This document shows positions 40,201-49,429 of a stretch of DNA of 64,000 bases, piece after piece. The first letter of the stretch is position 1, and the number at the start of each line of letters is the position of its first letter. Below the pieces are notes generated by a model. That model was not told the origin of the DNA. It made no database searches and saw only the letters and a program-made list of their open reading frames with translations. Made by a program: the position numbers and the translations under genes. The DNA is from Asterias rubens (taxonomy: Eukaryota). The stretch is from contig NC_047075.1 of the NCBI RefSeq assembly GCF_902459465.1, positions 5,766,001-5,830,000 on the forward strand. The letters are read 5' to 3'.

Positions 40201-42337
40201 AGCAATTACAGCACAAGGAATAACTACCATAGGGATAACAGTTTATAAACGTTTTCAGTAAAGCAATTCCAGCACAAGGAATAACTACCATAGGGATAAC
40301 AGTTAATAAACGTTTTCAGTAGGCCTAAATCAATTACAGCACAAGGAATAACTACCATAGGGATAACAGTTAATAAACGTTTTCAGTAAAGCAATTACAG
40401 CACAAGGAATAACTACCATAGGGATAACAGTTAAAAAGCTTTTTCAGTAAAGCAATTACAGCACAAGGAAACTCAAAAGTACATCAAAATCGTAACGTGA
40501 GTAACCGCGGAATTGCCCAGAACATTCCATCTTTCAACTCATGAACATATTCGCATAAGTGCACTCATAAACATTCATTATGTGTAAAATATCAGTCATT
40601 GAGAAAAATAAACTATCAACCTACTGTAACAGAAACAATAAAAGGAGAAAAGATTATAGGAAACCATTGGAAACTATGCCATTTCAATGATTGAAGACAT
40701 TACTACATGTAATTGAAAGATCAGAATAAATGTTGATTTAAATACTCTTTATCCCTCCTTTCCATTCATCTCAGTAATTTATCTCAGTAATTGGTCCAGT
40801 GGTGTAAATGTAATGGACTGTAAGGAGCAATAAATTGTTTAGTTCAGAGCATGATCCAAAACTGGTAAACATTTGAAGAAGAATTGAACAGAAAATCTTA
40901 GTAATTTCATTTTTTTTTTCATTCTAAAATCTATTTGTTTTTAAATTTTGTGTTTAGAAAATAACTCTCAGTGTCTTTCTTTGTGAAAATAACTTTCAAT
41001 AATATGAAGTTATATGTTTTCTACCCAGGCTGTGACACCCAAAGAAAGCTAATACACTGTATGTTAAGGGTTATCCATGCTTATAACATGTAAATCAGTT
41101 TTTAAAGGCAGTGGACGCTATTGGTAATTACTCAAAATAATTATCAGCATAAAATGTTCTTTCACAGTTATCTTGCAACTCCAACGACCAATCAAGCTCA
41201 AATTTTCACAGGTTTGTTATTTTATGCATCTAGGTTGAGATGACCAAGTGAGAAGACTGGTCTTTGACAAACATTGAACATGAAACCTGTAAATGGAATG
41301 CCTCATGAGTATCACCCAAACTAAGTTGGGAATAACTGCAGGAAACGCAATTATTTGTATCCTGGATGAAATATCAGTTGAAGCATCAACCTAAAAAAAT
41401 CAAAAGAAATTGACCCTTTCTAATAAATTAGAATTTTTACTACAGTTGCATCAACATCATTTGGTTGGAGATGCCTGCACTGTACATAAATGGGCTAAGA
41501 CTTATGAAAAGCCCATTGTACAGTCAGTATTAGATTAGACTGTTATGGTGATTGCTTCCAACTAGTCTAATGTACATTTCACATCAAAATATGCACATCA
41601 AACACAATGGAAATTGAAATAAAAAAGTTCATTACTAATCAATTTAGTTATTTCCCTGGTTTAAATATGAATCAAAGCCAAGATCGATAAACTCTAAACT
41701 TAAGTTTACGAAAACTTGGCCTTAAAAAGTACATTAATTTCTATAAAGTAATAAGCTGACTGGGTAAGTTTGATATAATTTGAGGGTGAGGAAAGAAAAG
41801 GGCAGGATTTGAAACAACAACCTCCAGACTATAGTGCTGGCGCTCATTCAAGTAACTGAGATATAGGAACGAACTAAACTGCTCACAAAAAGTAAGGAAA
41901 CTTGTTTCAATCCAGTATATTTGTTAAAAAACACTCTCTTTGATGGTATATATCAATGCAAAGCTGAACTGTTCCTCTTGAAAATGATACCACATTTGCA
42001 ACGATTACATGTTGCTGGACTTTGCCATTTCATTTTTATGTTTTATTTTCTTTTGCACAACCAAATACAAAATAAACAGGGAAAAGAAATCATCACTCTC
42101 AATCCCAGTATTTTCTAAAAAGATTGAACTGGGTTATGAAAAAAAATGTCTTGTTTTACCTGCTAAATCTAAATAGAAAGAGGTGTAAATACCTGTGTGA
42201 AGAGGCCATTGGGAGTCAGACATTTTCCCCTGTCCTGAACGAACACGTAGCTTGTCACTCACTGTGCTTCCACGACGTGACCCTCGGCCATTTGAAATAC
42301 TACCAACAGAAGACATTTTGCCAGATGAATTGCTCAT
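10874..42337 (-). CDS. Multi-exon gene encoding F-BAR + coiled coil + C1 (DAG/phorbol-binding type) + STAC-like motif
   Basis: GT-AG exons: 42337-42193, (34232-34125?), 33517-33421, 33045-32955, 32168-32022, 30862-30800, 30375-30262, 28214-28134, 27780-27652, 21532-21452, 17755-17533, 16303-16215, 14539-14483, 11394-11370, 11084-10874. Splice phases are compatible throughout the chain. Confidence 0.85.
11370..11394 (-). CDS. 25-nt micro-exon (TNSTSPRA-D)
   Basis: CACTTTAG acceptor and GCAG|GTTAAG donor; supplies the phase 0-to-1 change required between the flanking exons. Confidence 0.6.
11709..13402. repeat. 77-bp tandem array, 22 copies
   Basis: Unit CATGGCAGTCGCCGCGYGTAACGCACGTGCAAGGGRTCAATAGACAGGCACTGGTCTTTAATACCCAATGGTTGGAT; 1694/77 = 22.0; only two variable sites seen. 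Confidence 0.98.
13675..13850. other. Assembly gap (N run)
   Basis: 176 N. Confidence 1.
13851..14013. repeat. (AACAGT)n microsatellite grading into (AACAAT)n and (AAT)n
   Basis: Read directly from the sequence. Confidence 0.98.
14014..14440 (-). mobile_element. L2-clade LINE 3' fragment (frameshifted)
   Basis: KAIHGLAPTYIQELL and QAFVYAAPNLWNNLPPCIRQSSSLNELKSKLK match the L2/CR1 ORF2 C-terminus; ends in an (ATT)n tail. Confidence 0.8.
14483..14539 (-). CDS. Exon EKSNKVFRRQSSVRDIKPL (post-C1 basic motif)
   Basis: CATTCAG acceptor, CTG|GTACAT donor, 57 nt, phase 0-0. Confidence 0.8.
15218..15685. mobile_element. 468-bp PIF/Harbinger-type MITE inserted in a SINE remnant
   Basis: TIR GGGCGGATTGCA / TGCAATCTGCCC; CTG duplicated at 15215-17 and 15686-88; subterminal TAAGAC/GTCTTA motifs. 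Confidence 0.75.
16215..16303 (-). CDS. C1 domain second half (GILKQGLRCKLCKCNVHHKCQEGFPECKGQ)
   Basis: TTTTTAG acceptor, CAG|GTATGT donor, phase 1-0; completes the Cys6His2 C1 pattern. Confidence 0.93.
17533..17755 (-). CDS. Exon with C1 domain first half (HCFQDYNFKKPTFCDHCRGLLK)
   Basis: TTCTTAG acceptor, AAG|GTAAGA donor, 223 nt, phase 0-1. Confidence 0.93.
17913..18222. mobile_element. ~310-bp MITE
   Basis: TAACGCCGGTTCAGACAGG versus CCTGTCTGAAACTGGTGTTA inverted ends. Confidence 0.6.
18691..20854. mobile_element. 2.16-kb non-autonomous Tc1/mariner-superfamily (pogo/Tc2-like) element
   Basis: TA|CCGTAACTTTCGAATTATTAACC ... GGTTTATAATCCGAAAATTACGG|TA; TA duplication; no clear transposase ORF inside. 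Confidence 0.7.
21452..21532 (-). CDS. Exon DFVEKKLVVNLATEKVLQGKYDMLVKE (coiled coil after the F-BAR)
   Basis: Pyrimidine tract + GAAG acceptor, GAG|GTAACA donor, 81 nt, phase 0-0. Confidence 0.8.
22433..24651 (-). pseudogene. piggyBac (PGBD-type) transposase, disrupted by frameshifts and a stop
   Basis: YFLKFF, EIRAWFGIHLVMG..YWS, MTRNRF, TIDKAM, KPIRAGFK, YTDKLYTS, YMGGVDRGDQL and a C-terminal CxxC/CxxC/CxxxC-H domain. Frameshifts lie between ~23.85 and 24.0 kb, and a TAG at ~23.70 kb. Confidence 0.92.
24832..24916. repeat. 85-bp hairpin / mini-MITE
   Basis: TATACCACC..ATATGAATGG.ACTGG.GACCC is inverted as GGGTCACCAGTCCCATTCATAT..GGTGGTATA. Confidence 0.7.
25074..26109. mobile_element. 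1036-bp non-autonomous Transib-type element
   Basis: Ends CACAGTGGTTTAAGACCC / GGGTTTTAAACCACTGTG; exact 5-bp TSD CAGTG at 25069-73 and 26110-14. Confidence 0.85.
27235..27585. mobile_element. TTAA-flanked (Kolobok-type) MITE, family A
   Basis: AGACACTGGACACTATT ... AATAGTGTCCACTGCCT|TTAA; other copies at 41.1, 44.4 and 46.6 kb. Confidence 0.8.
27652..27780 (-). CDS. F-BAR exon LTDQGNRMDTIINTVQNASEPSSVCHDQTKQYEFSKPHQNAAG
   Basis: TTTATAG acceptor, GGG|GTAAGT donor, 129 nt, phase 0-0. Confidence 0.85.
28134..28214 (-). CDS. F-BAR exon DIERVNAEITGLAVKEVVRQAQLTRSK
   Basis: TTTCTAG acceptor, AAG|GTCAGC donor, 81 nt, phase 0-0. Confidence 0.85.
28337..28472. other. Assembly gap (N run)
   Basis: 136 N. 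Confidence 1.
28473..29700 (+). mobile_element. R4/Dong-clade non-LTR retrotransposon 3' part (RT thumb, CCHC knuckle, restriction-like endonuclease); disrupted
   Basis: KAINTWAVS..RLYLPRSEGGRGL; CRMC..ETVFHIVSEC; RHDK; KILWDFNIQTD..RRPDVV..IDIAVP..EKIEKY. In-frame TAG stops at 28824 and 28971 and one frameshift. Confidence 0.92.
29708..30053 (-). mobile_element. tRNA-headed SINE with an L2-like 3' end
   Basis: Minus strand shows B-box-like GGTTTCGAATCCC, central GGTAAATGGGTACC, and 3' AAAAGCGCTATATAAAA followed by an (ATT)n tail. Confidence 0.75.
30262..30375 (-). CDS. F-BAR exon NHNTALCYNKHNDYVLQLTGINILNAGICNTALPSLSK
   Basis: Typical F-BAR 'N.Y.L.L...N.......LP.L' motif; AAA|GTAAGT donor; 114 nt, phase 0-0. 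Confidence 0.9.
30800..30862 (-). CDS. F-BAR exon LEKEYSEAWHKMDRDGMDNIK
   Basis: TTAACAG acceptor, AAG|GTTGGT donor, 63 nt, phase 0-0. Confidence 0.82.
32022..32168 (-). CDS. F-BAR exon DYFDLANNLESGVSNAVQQ...DCSLLK
   Basis: ATTGCAG acceptor, AAG|GTAATG donor, 147 nt, phase 0-0. Confidence 0.88.
32955..33045 (-). CDS. F-BAR exon ...QWFVNVWEKLLDEYAAVSI
   Basis: F-BAR 'W..LL.E' motif; ATT|GTGAGT donor; phase 2-0; an alternative in-frame acceptor exists at 33028. Confidence 0.85.
33421..33517 (-). CDS. F-BAR exon FSHQVALLYENLAINLQSLVESFRDQAVIRDG
   Basis: Resembles the first F-BAR helix (FSQKKAAIEREYA..MQKL in FCHSD type); GG|GTGAGT donor; phase 1-2. Confidence 0.85.
34125..34232 (-). CDS. Possible exon carrying the start of the F-BAR domain
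   Basis: Open in phase 1-1 (..IEKYLSTLASGLDWNNKFILGA), but the donor GTCAAT is weak. Confidence 0.35.
36656..40518. mobile_element. 3.86-kb non-autonomous TIR element with 4-bp TSD (Sola2-like termini)
   Basis: AGAA|GGGCAATTCC ... GGAATTGCCC|AGAA; asymmetric subterminal motifs; contains a nested MITE and a 61-bp satellite. Confidence 0.55.
39607..40470. repeat. 61-bp tandem array, about 14 copies
   Basis: Unit TAACTACCATAGGGATAACAGTTAATAA(GCC/ACG)TTTTCAGTAAAGCARTTACAGCACAAGGAA. Confidence 0.97.
42193..42337 (-). CDS. Probable first coding exon of the F-BAR/C1 gene (MSNSSGKMSS...QWPLHT)
   Basis: TCTTTAG acceptor at 42349, in-frame TAA two codons before the ATG, ACAG|GTATTT phase-1 donor. 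Confidence 0.7.
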
Positions 42338-42779
42338 CCTTTACATATCTAAAGAACATGGATACATGTCATATGGACAAAACAAACAATCCTTTGATTA
42401 GTGTACATTTAAATGTAATCCAGTAAAAATATGCTATTTTGTACAGCAGCAGGCCCCAAGCTCACTAAGTATTTGAGAACCTAACTTAAAGCCTTGTGGA
42501 TAACAGACATTGGGCCGTATTCATACAAAATAGCAATTGCTTTTTCTAGGCTTTTGCTTACATCTTTATACATAAAAGATGTACATGTAAGCAAAAGCCT
42601 AGAAAAAGCAATTGCTATTTTTTATGAAAACGGCCCAATGAGTGAGTCGCTTGGAGACCATCAACTCCATGGTACTCAGTCTTCAGCTGATCAAGTCCTC
42701 AATGTAATTGTCAGTCTAGTCTCCAGCTCCCCTAAATTACTTTGAAGAGTCTCTACTGTCTCTAAGAATGTACAGTGTG

Positions 42780-43190
42780 TACACGCGACCTTGCACCTAT
42801 TCTTATAAGACAGTTTCTTCATTCCTATTGGTCGAGAGCAACGGCTGAAACAGTTAAGCCACATCACGCGATAAGCGCGACGCGCACAGCATTCCCTTAT
42901 AAGGAGTTGTTTACCCGAGGGCGCCAGAGGGCTACCATTCCATAGCTGGAGGGGTGTTGTGTTGAAAGAAATCATTTAACAACTATAATTTTTGCGTTTA
43001 CTCTACCTTTTGACCAAAAAGTGATGATGTTTTTTACCGAAAAGGTATTATGAATGGGAATCAAAGTGTGTTGAATCGGTTTTCAACTAGTGGTTTAAAC
43101 CCGCCGTTCTTTATAATTTATCAAGAACCAGGCCTCGGCGGGTTTAAACCACTAGTTGAAAACCTCTTCACCACACATTGATTCCCTTAT
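42780..43190 (+). repeat. Dispersed ~410-bp repeat; second copy at ~63323-63762
   Basis: ACACGCGACCTTGCACCT...GAAAACCTCTTCACCACACATTGATTCCCTT is present twice in the window. Confidence 0.85.
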
Positions 43191-43879
43191 TTAGAAGAAA
43201 ATTGTTTCTACACCTGGTTGTTGTTAAATTCTTTTTGTTTATGTTGGCATGCAAAGTTACATGTAAATGGACCTGTGCGAAAACGTGAACTTTAAAATTA
43301 TTTCATGAGATCTTATAGGCGCATTGAGTTAATATGAGGCATTAACAGGTCTGCGTAACAGGAATCCATCCGGAGAGACCAGATTATGCAGTGCCTTGAT
43401 CTACACTTACTAAGTAAACACCCCACTGTGGTTTTTGCTAAGGCAGATCCTGTGTAACAACACAGCTTCAAGAGGTTTTAGACACATGTGGACTTGAAGC
43501 ATGATAGATAAAGAGGGAGGATATGTTGCATACTTGGACTTTTTATTCAGTTCCCAATCAACGTCTTATTAAAAAGCTACAATCCAAAGTTTCCTGTCAA
43601 ACACAAAACAATGTGTGGTTGCGAATGGAGCTAAATTTTCTTGGACCAACATGTTGAGCAACATCCCTCAAGGTAGCATCCTAGGTCCAATCTAAAGGGG
43701 CATGTAAAGATGTTCCCAAACAACACCAAGGTTGTACTCAAATGTACATTAGAAGTAATGACAGTGTGAAACACTACAGATATATTTTGACAACCTTAGC
43801 AACTGGTATGCACTATGGCCATAAAAAGGAAGAATACATCATGTTAAAAGGACAAGACAAAGCTGACCTTAAACTGAAA

Positions 43880-44130
43880 TGCAGCAACCACGTTGGGAAG
43901 ATAGCTCACAAAGCCAAAAACATACTTGGATTTAAGCGGACGTTCACATTAAGGGCGTGGATAATGTTTGTTCCTCTATACAAAACATTAATAAGGCCAC
44001 ACCTCGAGTATGCAAACTGTGTTTGGAGCCCTTTCCTCAGCAAGGAATATCAGAAAAGTATAAGAAGAGCAACAAAGATAATCCCTTCACTTACTGATTG
44101 TCCTTATAAATATCGATCGTTTGAACGAGG
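43880..44130 (+). mobile_element. CR1-group LINE ORF2 C-terminal remnant
   Basis: HVGKIAHKAKNILG..LYKTLIRPHLEYANCVWSP..RRATKIIP. Confidence 0.75.
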
Positions 44131-44430
44131 TAAATCTATCATCCTTGGTATACAGGAGATTTTGGGGAGACATGATCCAAATGACATGGACAAAGATTAC
44201 ATCTTATTTGAGATGAAAGACACCAGCATAGACCTGATGAGGGCATAGACAGAGGGTTCAGAAACCAAGAGCACAAAATCCACTGGATATAGGCTAAGGA
44301 AAGGAAGCTTCACAGCCAGCCACAGTACATGTACATATATAGGCCTAGTCTTTAACAGCTGGAACCTACATATGTACATGTAGCTCAGCTATTTATAAGC
44401 ACCTTAGCACTGATCAGTCAACAGCTTCAA

Positions 44431-44809
44431 AGGCAGTGGACACTTTTGGTAATTACTCAAAATATTTTTTAGCATAAAACCTTTCTTGGTGACGAGTAAT
44501 GGGGAGAGGTTGATGGTATAAAACATTGTGAGAAACGGCTCCCTCTGAAAGTGCCATAGTTTTTTAGAGTAATTTTCCACGAATTTGATTTTGAGACCTC
44601 AGATTTAGAACTTGAGGTCTCGAAATCAACCATCTAAACGCACACAACTTCGTGTGACATGGGTGTTTTTTTCTTTCATTGTTATCTCGCAAGTTCGATG
44701 ACCGATTGAGCTCAAATTTTCACAGGTTTGTTATTTTATGCATTTATATGTTGAGATACACCAACTGTGAAGGCTAGTCTTTGACAATTACCAATAGTGT
44801 CCACTGCCT
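44431..44809. mobile_element. TTAA-flanked MITE, family A (full length)
   Basis: AGGCAGTGGACACT ... AGTGTCCACTGCCT|TTAA. Confidence 0.85.
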
Positions 44810-44813
44810 TTAA

Positions 44814-45178
44814 AGCCATTGGACCCTTTCGGTACAGGAAAAAACAAAAAGTTCACAGATTTACAAATAACTTACAGGGTTTACAGAAGGTAGTGGTGAA
44901 ATACTTCTCTTGAAATATTATTCCATGAAATGCTTTACTTTTTGAGAAAACAGTAAAACAATATCAATTCTCGTTAGCGAGAATTACGGATTTATTTTAA
45001 ACACATGTCATGACACGGCGAAACGCGCGGATACAAGGGTGGGTTTTCCCGTTATTTTCTCCCGACTCCGATGACCGATTAAGCCCAAATTTTCACAGGT
45101 TTGTTATTTTATATATAAGTTGTGATACACGAAGTGTGGGCCTTGGACAATACTGTTTGCCGAAAGGGTCCAATGGCT
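44814..45178. mobile_element. TTAA-flanked MITE, family B, abutting family A
   Basis: TTAA|AGCCATTGGACCCTTTCGG ... CCGAAAGGGTCCAATGGCT|TTAA; related copy at 51380-51747. Confidence 0.85.
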
Positions 45179-46564
45179 TTAAGTCCAAGTTTGAGGGTTT
45201 TTACTCCAAGAAATACGTATTAAGTTCACAACTGCATAGTACATGTAGAGTTTTATAATCAGCTGTCTGGTTTTGTTTACAATGCTAATTGCATTTAACT
45301 CTAGTCTTTATGCAGTACAATGTTTGCCAAATATGTAGGGCCTACATGTATAATGTATAATTAGGTATTGTGCAGCAGTACTTTTATATGTCTTGGGGTG
45401 TGCATTAAAAGGCTTTTTAGTCTTATTTTAGAGCCTGACTTGAATGCAGGTAAATACAGGTGAACTTGAGGCCCCAACCAGATCCCAACAATTTTTGTTC
45501 GCTTCTGTTAAAAGTGTTAGGGGGCCTACACTTATGTGCCCCGCTGTAGGTTTTTAAAAAATGTTTTCCATTTGTTTGGACGAGAGTGGCGCATGTTTTT
45601 TGCATTTACTCAAAATGTAGGCCTACTTTTTGATTTACAAGGATCTTTTGGGTGAAACTTTGAAGTGATTACGCCCAAACAGAAAGAGTCAGAAATTGAA
45701 ATGTTTGATTAATTTGTTTTGTAATGTACGACGTATTCACTAGCCTATAATTCTTTAGAAGATCTTAGAAACCATGAATCCCCCCCCCCCACCCAGCCCA
45801 CAACATTTCTAATATCATCACTTCAAAGCCTAGGGTTTCAACCAATTTGACCCAAAGGTTACCAATTTATGGTCGTTTACATGTCAGAGGTCAGGGCATT
45901 TTGACCGAAATCAACAAGAAAGAGCATGCCTTAGCGCGAAAATCGTTTATCGGATGGAGCTGAAATTTTAAATTTGAGCTTGTTGAGCCACGATTACCCC
46001 ACAAACCAAATTTGAGCAAATTTGAAGAGGGTAGGGTTTAACCTATTGGGTGATTTGACACGGAATGACCCTACAGCGCCCTGGTCTAGTCCAGAACAAA
46101 CCTTTTAACAGCAAAGGTCGCACAGAAAAGAAACCTTACTGACCTTGCTTTCCAGTTAATTCGCATCGGCTGAATGAATGAATGAATGAAGATTCAACTA
46201 ACTTGTCAAATGACTCTCAGGAATCAAGCTACAAAACCACATACTATGCGTCGATTGTCATTCCAAATGACTGTCAGTCATCTTTTTTTAGTATTACATA
46301 AATGATGGATTGATGACACTTCCCTTACCCAACTTTGGTGCAGTTCTGGTGCACTTTTGGTGCACCGTTCTCTACACATAAATTTACCTATCCACCTTAT
46401 TTCACTGAGAGGATGAAGTATAGCCTAGACTGCTACTTTAAAAACAAAGTTGGTGAACCGTTCTGATTTGAACACTTTGAATGAAATAAACCCTTTGCAT
46501 TTTGTTCTGCAAGTTTATGTTTATCGTGAGTTTGATCCTGTACTTTAAATTTAAAATGAATTAA

Positions 46565-46917
46565 AGGCAGTGGACACTATTGGTAATTGTCAAGGACTAG
46601 CCTTCATAGTTGGTGTATCTCAACATAAATGCATAAAATAACAAACCTGTGACAATTTGAGCTCAATCGGTCATCGAACTTGCGAGATAATAATGAAAGA
46701 AAAAATACCCTTGTCACACGAAGTTGTGTGCGTTTGTTGGTTGATTTCGAGACCTCAAGTTCTAAACTTGAGGTCTCGAAATCAAATTCGTGGAAAAACG
46801 CTGGAAAATTACTTCTTTCTCGAAAACTATGCCACTTCAGAGGGAGCCGTTTCTCACAATGTTTTATACCATCAACCTCTCCCCATTACTCGTCACCAAG
46901 TAAGGTGTTATGCTAAT
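46565..46917. mobile_element. Family A MITE, right end missing
   Basis: TTAA|AGGCAGTGGACACTATTGG start; body homologous to 44431-44809 in the opposite orientation. Confidence 0.8.
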
Positions 46918-48000
46918 TTTGTAATGAGCATATTTTGAGCAGCAAAATGCATGATTTTAAACTGGATGCCATCTGCAACCCTGCTGCACCAAAATGCCAC
47001 CAAGTTACTGCACCAATAAATTACCACAAATTTCAAAAGACATCCCTGGTGCACAATTGGTGCTAATTTAAATAATTGGAATGCACCCAAACTAGCTGCA
47101 ACAAATCAACACCAGTTTTGCACCTAATTCCTGGTGCCAAGTTGGTGCTAATTTAAATAATTGAAATGAAACGTAACAAAACTGCACCAAAAGCACCAAA
47201 AATTGAACCACCGGTGCATAATTTGTGCTAATTTACATAATTGGAACGCACCAAAACTGTACCAATATGTACCAATTTTCACATGTTCTGCCAAAAGAAC
47301 ACCAAAAACAGAGTGTGGTGCAGTTTTGGTTTACACCAATTTCAAAAAATAGCTGCACCAGAACAGCACTTGCGAAGTGCACTCAAACGACACCAAACTT
47401 GGGTAAGAATGATTTGTCAAATAACAATAAATATATGCGCCATCATGGTAGCCCGGCGCCTACTTCTAGAAACTATGCCTTGATGGTAATGCGCCCACCT
47501 TTTGCTCTTTTATTGGGAGGAAGGTTACGTTATCGCAACTAGGCCACTGTCATGGACTGTAATGAGACCGATGCGTGTAAACTATAAACATGCTATAATT
47601 AAGTAAGAGAGCCATTAACAGCTCAACAAGGTCACAGGTGGATACTTCTAGAACTATGTGGCCTCGAATTTATCATTTTTAACAATTTTTGAGGTTGCGG
47701 AGTGGATTATCTGGACGTCCCCCGAGTCAACTCAATGAGAGTTCTAAGGACACATATAGAGCCTAATAATTGGCGAGATTAAAAAAGAAAAAAAAGAGAT
47801 TTGCGTTACTAACAAAATTAAAACTTTATAAAAGAATCAAAAAAAAGCAGAGGAAGAGATGTAAACCTAAAGGTCCTAGTTATGGACTCATAGAGTTATG
47901 ACTATGAGGTTATGATAGACGATAGCCCATGATCATGATGATAGCAGAAAGAAACCGCATAGATAGTTCTAGGAGTAGCGCCATGGCATCACTAAACTAT

Positions 48001-48258
48001 GGGTGCGTTCGTTTAGCTTCCCTGGGTACCGGACAGTGCTCACTCGGGTGAGCCCCTGACAAGAGCTAATCGTGCGATCACACTCGCCCTCTCGTAGTGA
48101 CGTCATGCACCTGGGGCCAGCCCCCAAGTGACCCACTCCACAAGCAGGGCTGACTGGGGGCTGACCCGGGTGAGCCCCTGGAATGACGTCAAAGCTATTT
48201 GAACGCACCGGACCGGGGGCAGTCCGGGTCGACCCAGGGAAGCTAAACGAACCCACCC
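48001..48258. mobile_element. 258-bp MITE
   Basis: GGGTGCGTTCGTTTAGCTTCCCTGGGT versus ACCCAGGGAAGCTAAACGAACCCACCC. Confidence 0.8.
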
Positions 48259-48637
48259 AAAACATCCATGCTGGGGATTCCATGGTATGGGCATTGCCCA
48301 TGTGGCCAACAAAAAGCACAATTTAAATTAATAAAGCTACAGTACAAAGATGATAGTTGCGATATAATATAACGAGGAAAAGTTTCCGTATGGCGCCACC
48401 ACTTTTTCATTCGATATTAAATAATATAGTATCTAATGAACCTCAATGAGATATCCCTTTTTGTAAAAATGAGTGAAAAGGTGGTGGCGCCATACGGAAA
48501 GTTATCCTATAACGTAACCCTCCTTGCCGTGTCGGGAGGAGGATACCGTTCTCGCAACTACAAACACAAAGATGGCATCAACAACACACTGACACTCAGT
48601 CTCGTAATTTATTTAGTTCCATCTATCTTTGTTTACA

Positions 48638-49154
48638 CTAGTACAGTAGTACCTAGTACACTGTACTAGTACAGTAGTACCTAGTACACTGTACTAGTAC
48701 AGTAGTACCTAGTACACTGTACTAGTACAGTAGTACCTAGTACACTGTACTAGTACAGTAGTACCTAGTACACTGTACTAGTACAGTAGTACCTAGTACA
48801 CTGTACTAGTACAGTAGTACCTAGTACACTGTACTAGTACAGTAGTACCTAGTACACTGTACTAGTACAGTAGTACCTAGTACACTGTACTAGTACAGTA
48901 GTACCTAGTACACTGTACTAGTACAGTAGTACCTAGTACACTGTACTAGTACAGTAGTACCTAGTACACTGTACTAGTACAGTAGTACCTAGTACACTGT
49001 ACTAGTACAGTAGTACCTAGTACACTGTACTAGTACAGTAGTACCTAGTACACTGTACTAGTACAGTAGTACCTAGTACACTGTACTAGTACAGTAGTAC
49101 CTAGTACACTGTACTAGTACAGTAGTACCTAGTACACTGTACTAGTACAGTAGT
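48638..49154. repeat. 28-bp tandem array, about 18 identical copies
   Basis: CTAGTACAGTAGTACCTAGTACACTGTA. Confidence 0.98.
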
Positions 49155-49429
49155 TTATGGAAGATAGCTCTTTGCGGGCGACATGGGGCCGGACGAGAAA
49201 GAAGACGAAACCATCAATCAATCAATAATGAACAAAATCACTTACTTACATGACTGCGCAATGGACATTATTCCATGGTACATATATGGAGAAATAAGTG
49301 TCATTCACTGGATCGATTTCAGAGAGTCTGGGCAGCCAAACTGTCAAGCTCCCGTACGGCTATGTACGTGACACGCAGACGGTCGGCCGGCCTCCTCCGT
49401 AGTCTACATAATTTATGTCATAAGATGTG

